DNA of 61,511 nucleotides, the filler included. It is 15 parts of 15 records of this genome, joined end to end, with 100 filler letters (N's around TTAATTAATTAA, not from the genome) between each part and the next. Parts side by side here need not be neighbours in the genome. Positions count along the whole stretch, not along the records: positions 53,599 to 57,729 come from SRR7504441_27207; positions 57,830 to 61,511 come from SRR7504441_27242; 13 more parts are not named here. One strand, given 5' to 3'. Below the pieces are notes generated by a model that searched no databases, was not told the DNA's origin, and saw only the letters and a program-made list of their open reading frames with translations. Shown in pieces: positions 54,649-61,511 of the stretch. Within the stretch, counting starts at the first letter, position 1. Each line of letters starts with the position of its first letter. The translations under genes were made by a program, and so were the position numbers.

Positions 54649-57584
54649 ATGCCGCCACACTGGTGGATGCCCAGCACCGCGCCCGATGGGTCGGCTGCGC
54701 CAGCAAGTCACTACCCCTATCTCTCTGTGGCCGACCAGGGGCTGCGCACCAGCCCTCCCAGCGCCCAGAGCCCGAGCACGACGGGCGTGGTCCAGCCCGT
54801 CGGGTTCGACACCTGGCAATTCACCAAACCTGAGCCATCCAGCGCGGGCAACGAGGCGCACTACGAGTGAGCACCGCTGCGCCTGTCGCCGCCAGCCGAC
54901 CGGCGCCTGGCAGGTACCTGATCGCCGCCCCAGCCGCCAGAGGCACGCCCGGCGCTGCTTCGGGCTCCACCGGGGTCGCCAAACAGTCCGGGTAAGCGCC
55001 CTCCCCAGTTGCCGCTGTAGGCTGAGCCCTGGACTGGCAGTTCGGCAGCACTGCCAGCGAAGAGCGCCTCGAAGGGCCAACCGGGCGCCAAGGGCAAGGG
55101 GAAAGCTCCGGGCGGGAACCCGCTGGCGCTGCTCAGCGCGCTGCGGTCCAAGGGAGAGGCGCTGCTCTGCCAGAAGCAAGGCGAGTTCAAACAGGCTGTG
55201 CAAATAGCTCGCACCAGCTCACCGGTGGTGTCGATCGGCGAACCACAAAACTTTGAGCCATCGAGTCTCGATTTCCAGGAGGCCCAGCAAGCCGCAGCTT
55301 ACCTCAACAGCCTGAGTGATCTCTCCGATCCCGAAGTCGCGCATAATGCGATGGTCCTGAAGCAAACTCTGGACAGGTTTGCCAATGCGATTGGAAAGCT
55401 CGACGTGCAGATTGCGACAGCACGAAGCGCGTGCCCAGGAAGTGCACAGCCAGCCAAGTCAGCCAAAGCACAGCCCGCAGCTAAAAAGGCCGGTCAGACG
55501 GGACAGGGAAGCTCAGCAGATGCGGCGTGGAAGGCGTTCTGTTCGGGGCTTGCGGCTCAGCCTTGGGCCGAGGCTTGTGCAGTGCTCAACCAGCACCTGC
55601 AGTGCCGTACCTACCTAGCATCTCGTGAGCGATCGGACGTGGATCAGCTCGCATTTGCCGCAGTCAAAGGACTCAACGGATTTGACTACAAGCCGCAGCT
55701 TGAGCTGGAATACCCTCACTTTTGCCGCTGGTTCCTGCACTGTAGTGCGTTCTTTGGAAACGCTGCTCCGGCTGCATCTGCCGGAGCATCCAACGCAGGC
55801 AAGTCTGCACAGCAGCCAGAGGCAAAGAGCAACCCACTGGATAAGCTCAAACCCCTGGAGAACGCTGTTGATGGACAGGTTGTCACACGGTTCCCACCTG
55901 AGCCAAGCGGTTACCTGCATCTTGGGCATGTGAAGGCCTGCCTGCTTAATGAAGGTTTTGCCCGCAAGTACAATGGCAAGCTCATATTTCGGCTGGACGA
56001 CACTAACCCAGATAAGGTGTTGCTTCATATATAAGAGCACTGCCCTCTCTGACACAATTGCCTGCAGGAAGAGCAGGAGTTTGCAGACTCGATGGTCACA
56101 GACCTGAACTCACTTGGGATCGTGCCAGACATGCATTCCGCCACCTCAGATTGGTTCGATCAGCTCCTTGAGGCTGGGTATCAAGTTGTTCGAGATGGCA
56201 AGGCTTATTGTGACAAGACTCCGCAGCTAAAGATGCAGGAGGAGAGGGCTGAAGGAATTGATTCCGAGTTCCGTAACAACAGCATAGAGGAGAACATCCG
56301 GTTGATGGACGAAATGTGTAAAGGTACTCCTGAAGGACTGCTATGCTGTGTGCGTGGTAAGATGGGCATGCATCACAAGAACAAGGCTCTCCGGGACCCT
56401 GTGTTCTTCAGATGCAAAGCGGCTAAGCACCACAGGCTAGGATCACGCTGGAACCATAAAATCTTCCCGTGCTATGACTTTGCTTGCCCGTTGGTAGACT
56501 CATGGGAAGGTGTGACACACGCATTGAGGGATTCCAATTATACTGATCGAGACCTTCTTTACACATGGGTGTGTGAAGCCTGTAAAATCCGCTGCCCAGA
56601 TCGTGCTTTCTTTTCCAGGCTGAATTTTGTTTACTGCGAACTATCAAAGCGTAAGCTTGGCAAACTCGTAAAGCTTGGCAAAGTCAACGGGTGGGATGAT
56701 CCTCGAATGCCAACAGTGCAAGGTGTCCTGAACCGAGGCATGTCAGTGGAAGGCCTCAAGGATTTCATTTTCGAGCAGGCATCATCACTGAATATCACTC
56801 TTCAGGAGTGGGATAAGATTTGGGCCTGTAACAAGGCTGCAATTGATATGATCGTTCCACGGTACACTGTTGTCGAGAAGCCTGTCAAAGTCCTTCTATC
56901 TGGAGACGGCTGTCCTACAGGAGTTGAGCTGAAGGGGATGCCAAAGCATCCCAAAAATCCTGACGTTGGAGAGAAAATCCGTAGGTGCGACATTTTTATT
57001 CACCCTAACGCTAACCTGATCCTGATTTCTTCACTGCAGGTACACAGCAACGGTGTGGATTGATCAGGCAGATGCAATGAGCATAAAGCAGGACCAAGAA
57101 GTCACTTTGGTGGACTGGGGGAATTGCATAATTGAAAGCATTACAGGGACAAATGACGATATGGTAGTTAAGGCAAAATTGAACCCCACCGGAAATGTGA
57201 AGAAGACAGTTAAGATCACATGGGTTGCAGCAATGACAGATACTGTGCCCTGCACGTTAATCGAATTGGACCACCTTCTTGCGAAAAAGGAACTGGAAGA
57301 TGGTGATGAGATCGAGAATTGTATTCGTGAAGTGACGTGGACTGAAGTCCCAGCTGTTGGAGAACATTCAATGCGCATGCTGAAGAAAGGAGACAAGATG
57401 CAAATAATGAGAAAGGGGTAAGTGCTCCTCATGCTCTCTCAATGTGCTTGATGTGGTTGCTTGCAGGTATTACACCTGCTATCAACCATTCATTTCAGAT
57501 GCTCAACCAATGCGGCTCATCCAAATTCCAGATGGCAAGCAGAAGCCAATGGCGAAGGGTGCTAAAGAGGCCAAAAAAGGGTGA
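54649..57584 (+). CDS. Cytosolic-type glutamyl-tRNA synthetase with GST-C-like domain and N-terminal extension
   Basis: [90 protein letters not shown]. No ProRS fusion visible. 5' exons and start are less certain. Confidence 0.92.
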
Positions 57585-58063
57585 GCATACACTATGGTTG
57601 GCCCCATCTGCTTGGAGTGTATTAAACAAGCACTTACAATTACTAGAGAATCGGACAGAGAGTCGGGGAAGAGTTGGAGACATTGGAGAGTTCAAAATCC
57701 GAAAATTCATCTTTAAATAAAAGCCATTANNNNNNNNNNNNNNNNNNNNNNNNNNNNNNNNNNNNNNNNNNNNTTAATTAATTAANNNNNNNNNNNNNNN
57801 NNNNNNNNNNNNNNNNNNNNNNNNNNNNNCCATCGAGCCTCGAGGAGCAGATCAAGCGCTGCATGCTGCATCAGATATTGAGGTAATGACTCCAGAAGAA
57901 CAAGTGCCGAACTGGACAGAAAACAGTGGCGGAAACATACACCGGGTTGATATTAATATAAGTAATAGTTTTCGTGGTCGTTGCTCACGTTTAATTTCTC
58001 ACGTGTGCCTAATAAGCATATCCTAAGCCGCTAATCAGCTAAGCACAGCTGTAAGTGGGCCCC

Positions 58064-58187
58064 GGCTAGAATACTGGTTACCTATATACTTAGGTACTTC
58101 TATATAGAACTTGAAAAAAAAACTTGAATACCGGTATACGTAGGCTAGAATACCGGTATATATCAGTTGCCTCAGGATTGACCGGTA
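58064..58187. promoter_or_regulatory. Repeated palindromic ACCGGT-core motif upstream of the transporter ATG
   Basis: GGCTAGAATACTGGT (58064-58078), GAATACCGGTATA (58126-58138), GGCTAGAATACCGGTATA (58143-58160), ACCGGTA (58181-58187). Function is inferred from position only. Confidence 0.35.
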
Positions 58188-58190
58188 AAT

Positions 58191-59608
58191 ATGCGATGGG
58201 ACGACCGGTGCCCGGGCCGGCGGGCGGCCGGCGAGGGCTGGACAGGCACGGCTCACCCGTGCACGTCTCCACCCAGGCCAAGCTCGGTCTGTTCGCGGCC
58301 AACGTCTTCTGCCAGATCGCGAGCGGGCTGCTCTATGCCGCGAGCAAGGCGCCGGCCCGCGGCCGGGCTCCCGTGACCACAGCCGGGCAGGAGGACAACG
58401 GCGGGGGCGAGCTCCCGTTCAATACGGTGTTCATGGTTTTTCTGCTTGAGCTGCTCAAGCTGGTGGTGTCGGTGGCGCAGCTGCTGGCCTCGGACGGGCT
58501 GGCGGGCTTCAAGGTGATGCTCCCTGATGTGGGCTGGCGGGCCACAGCGGTGCGTGCAGCGGTTCGATGTGTGCTACATGGTGCCCGGTGGGCTGTACAT
58601 GGTCGGAGATAACGTCTACCTGGTCGTGCTGACCTTTGTGACGCCGGCCACCCTGTGAGCAGCCGTCCTGGCCTCGTTGAGCGGCCGGCCAGCGGACTGA
58701 TCTGGAATATAAAGATAGTGTGGACTGCGCTCATGGTGCACTTCGTGCTCCGTGCCAGCGTGGTCCGCGAGCAGTGGGCGGTGCCATGCCACCGCTGCAC
58801 GGCCGCAGCAGGGACACAGGCGATTGGGGCGCTGTTGGTTGCGATAGTGGTTGCAAAGTACGATCGTGCATCTGAGCCGAGCACTGGGTCTGAATCCAAT
58901 CAGAATTCAGCGGTCGGGTTGCTAATCGGGCTGGGCCTCACAGCGTTAGGCACGCTGATACAATCTTCCGGTGCTCGGCTGGCCAGACGGTGGGTTGACA
59001 GGCTGGTAGGTAATATCAGCACCGAATGGTTGCTCAAGCGCTCACCGGGACTTAGCCTTTACTGGCAGAACATTCAGCTATGTGAGTACGCTGTAAAGGC
59101 TTTTTCGGCGAGTCGGGCGGGGCAGACTCATGTGGACTGGTGTTCAGCAGCCTCGCGCTGATTGTCCAGATGCACAGAGACAACTGGCAGCTTAGTGGGC
59201 TGTCTGCTGGGTTTGATTGGCGAGCGTGGCTGATCCTGCTATTGGGTGCGGCCGGAGGGATCCTCACAGGAGCCATACTTAAGCACTTGGATAACTTGGT
59301 GCTTGTGTATGCGCACGTGACGGCCATGTTTGGGACGAGTATAGGCTCGTGGATCTGGTTTAGCTTTCGGATGCGGTAAGTCGGCGCAAGCCAACAGCCT
59401 GAGGCCTGCCAGGTGGAACTTTGTAATTGGACTGGTGATAGCCTCTGTATCACTGTGGGTCTATTTTAAATACCGCTCGGACAGTGCGGTGGCCCCAGAG
59501 GGCAAGGACGTTGCCTATTTTACGGTAGCTGACGAGCTAGACGATGCTTTTGGCGAGAGTGGGCCCGGCGGGATGGATGACATGGGGGAGAATGTGCCCT
59601 TTCTATGA
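58191..59608 (+). CDS. SLC35A-type nucleotide-sugar transporter, 8 introns
   Basis: VFLLELLKLVVS, YMVPGGLYMVGDN, WNIKIVWTAL, EWLLK..YWQNIQL|Y, GGILTGAILKHLDN after removing 37-46-nt introns. Confidence 0.88.
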
Positions 59609-59732
59609 CAAGCATTAAGTTAAGTGACACTCCTAAGGCACAGCCAGTAACTAGATATAGCTTATACAGCTTAAAAGTACGTGTCGTACAATGCTTATCA
59701 GTGTGATTTTTAAATACCCCATGCACTCTATG

Positions 59733-61511
59733 CTAGCCTATTAGTTTACTCAATTGTTGCTTTGTAGAGACAAGTTGTTGCTTAGTGGAGCTGAGCTCTG
59801 CCTTGAGTGTCTCAACTTGTCCCTCAAGCTCAACACAATGCGCCTTAGTCTGCTCGTTCTCAGTTTGCCACTCAAGCGAGACTTCATCGGCTATCTTGAC
59901 TTGCGACACTAGCTGACACAGCCTGGCTCGGTAGTAAGTCTGCAGCAGCTCCTCCCTGTCTCTCCGATCCTCAGAGAGCAACACAGGCTCCAGCCGCCGG
60001 CCATTTTCATCAGTCATCGTAAGGGTGTATGAGCCCTTATCGTGTGCAGGAGAAGGCGGCTTCTCCAGGGTCTTGGCCCCATGCTCCAGCAGCTCCCCTG
60101 TCTTAGGACAATGCTCTTGCAGCTGCCTTTCTATTTCGTCAAGCATCGAACTAGAGCACACCGACATCGAGATCTCATTAGCCTTTGCCTGCTTGGCACT
60201 CTCGATCTTCAGCAGCGCCAGAGCCTTGCTGTGCTGCGCGCTTTCCTCTTTGCAACGGGCCAGGGCATCGTCACGCTGTTTCTTCACCTTCTCCAACGTC
60301 CTCTGCAACTCTTCTACATTGGTGGCCTCGCCTGCATCACTAGCAGTCTGCTCCAAAGGCTTAGTGTCAGCGTCCTTCTGTGGGACTTCGGTCGGACTGC
60401 TCGCCGACATCTGTTCAAATGCTAACAATTCCTCCCGCATGCGAGCAAACTCCTCCTCCCGCTGCGACAGAAGCGCCCGCAGCGCTAGAATCTCTGTCTG
60501 CTCGGCACTGGAAGCCCTCCGCTCCTCTGCCGGACTTGAGTCGCTGTCGTCTTGGCATTCCTCCTTGGGCACCAGCTGATCTGCCTGCTTCTGTCCCGTC
60601 TCGGCGTCGCGCATGGCTAGCGCCGAGGTGAGCGCCTTGATCTCCCCTTTCTGCAGCTCGTTCTGCATCTCCTGATCGTCCAGCTTGGCCTGAACCAGCT
60701 GCAGCCTGTCCTCAGACGCCCTCCAATTGGCCTTGGCCTCGTCGATCTGCTGCTTGAGACCCCCCCGAATCTCGTCCACCGCTGCCAGCTCCGACTGGGC
60801 CCGGACGGCCTCGGAGTAAGGCACTCGGACCGCCACCCGTCCACTGCCCTTGTGGACCAGGCTCACAAACTTGCGTGCTCGATTTTGCATGAACGGAATG
60901 TCCTCCGACATCTGGAGCGGGTCGCACTCCACCCCGCGGATCGTGTACCCGGCCGGGGTCGAGCTGATGTTGACATAGTCACCAAACAGCTCTACCAGCT
61001 TTGCAATCGAGCTCACCAGAGTCGAAAGCGAATTGAGTACCTTCTCGTTGACCATCTTAAGCTCGGGCAGCACGAACGGGGCCCGGTGCTCCTGTGAGAT
61101 CTTGGAGATCAGGTGCGAAGCGTAGGCCTGGAACGCCTGGAGCATTGCGGTGGCTGCAGTGTGTGCGTATTTGAGTATGGTGGGCGCGTTGGCCTCCTGC
61201 GCTCTCGAGTGCATCTTGGTACTCCCGGGGCAGGCTAGCTGCACGTAGACGCATAGCTTATCCAGCGCGGCGATTAGCCGCTTCTGGGTGGACACCAGCA
61301 CGTAGTTGCGCGCCTGAAGGACTGGTACGCACGTGTCTTTCCGCGCCTCTTCCATGAGACTGAGCACCTGATACGGCAGCATCTTGTTGTGATAGAAGAC
61401 CAGCCGCTTGAACAGGCCAGCCATGTTGTGGTTGGCGTTGGTGTTCTGCTCCAGTTGCTCCAGCAGCCGGACGTCCAGCACCGACTTCATCCGGACCACC
61501 GTGTTCCTAAA
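59733..61511 (-). CDS. PPP1R21 (KLRAQ/Fy-2)-like coiled-coil protein, 5' truncated
   Basis: Recalled similarity to PPP1R21 blocks: KISQEH..LKMVNEKVLNSL, QNRARKF..VPYSEAV, REELLQTYYRARLCQLVSQVKIAD. Long coiled coils. Confidence 0.65.
   Translation of the reverse strand, partial: FRNTVVRMKSVLDVRLLEQLEQNTNANHNMAGLFKRLVFYHNKMLPYQVLSLMEEARKDTCVPVLQARNYVLVSTQKRLIAALDKLCVYVQLACPGSTKMHSRAQEANAPTILKYAHTAATAMLQAFQAYASHLISKISQEHRAPFVLPELKMVNEKVLNSLSTLVSSIAKLVELFGDYVNISSTPAGYTIRGVECDPLQMSEDIPFMQNRARKFVSLVHKGSGRVAVRVPYSEAVRAQSELAAVDEIRGGLKQQIDEAKANWRASEDRLQLVQAKLDDQEMQNELQKGEIKALTSALAMRDAETGQKQADQLVPKEECQDDSDSSPAEERRASSAEQTEILALRALLSQREEEFARMREELLAFEQMSASSPTEVPQKDADTKPLEQTASDAGEATNVEELQRTLEKVKKQRDDALARCKEESAQHSKALALLKIESAKQAKANEISMSVCSSSMLDEIERQLQEHCPKTGELLEHGAKTLEKPPSPAHDKGSYTLTMTDENGRRLEPVLLSEDRRDREELLQTYYRARLCQLVSQVKIADEVSLEWQTENEQTKAHCVELEGQVETLKAELSSTKQQLVSTKQQLSKLIG

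Noticed and set aside
3315-57829. Regularly recurring TTAATTAATTAA as a repeat or CRISPR-like array
   Set aside because: Always centred in an identical 100-nt N spacer; it is an artificial six-frame stop linker.
58777-58818. Additional GC-AG intron in the sugar transporter (TGG|GCGGTG)
   Set aside because: A GT donor three bases downstream gives a 39-nt intron in frame, so it was not counted as GC.
1-61511. Treating neighbouring genes on different contigs as a cluster or operon
   Set aside because: Contig order is arbitrary; only within-contig adjacency is real.

Overview
This window is not one locus. It is 15 short contigs (about 3-6 kb each) joined by an artificial 100-nt spacer (44 N + TTAATTAATTAA + 44 N), so nothing can be inferred from adjacency across spacers. 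All contigs look like nuclear DNA of one compact, GC-rich eukaryote; I cannot assign the lineage, but it is probably an uncultured protist single-cell or metagenome assembly. It uses the standard genetic code, has short AT-rich intergenic spacers and many head-to-head gene pairs. Many genes are split by tiny (mostly 35-46 nt) spliceosomal introns, which is why the ORF track is so fragmented. Splicing by hand gives about 30 genes or fragments, including UBA1, CDC6, GluRS, a P4-ATPase, an Rh transporter, a PH-AGC kinase, a CAMK-like kinase, a PDK1-type PH fragment, a TBC-EF-hand protein, S9 and S53 peptidases, an SLC35A transporter, a PPP1R21-like protein, a CFIm68-like RRM, MLF, GT92, JmjC and several EF-hand proteins. 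Most notable: (1) about 18 of the roughly 100 introns I could delimit use a GC donor, always after exonic AG, with degenerate +3..+6 positions and G-rich acceptors lacking a polypyrimidine tract; (2) one gene combines SUVH-type SRA, ankyrin, PDZ, SAM-like and SET domains; (3) CDC6 carries an AP2-like and two Tudor-like N-terminal modules; (4) there are two apparent pseudo-enzymes, a Rho-like protein without a P-loop Lys and an EF-hand/SHOCT/ABHD protein without the nucleophile Ser. All domain calls come from motif recognition by eye, not database searches.
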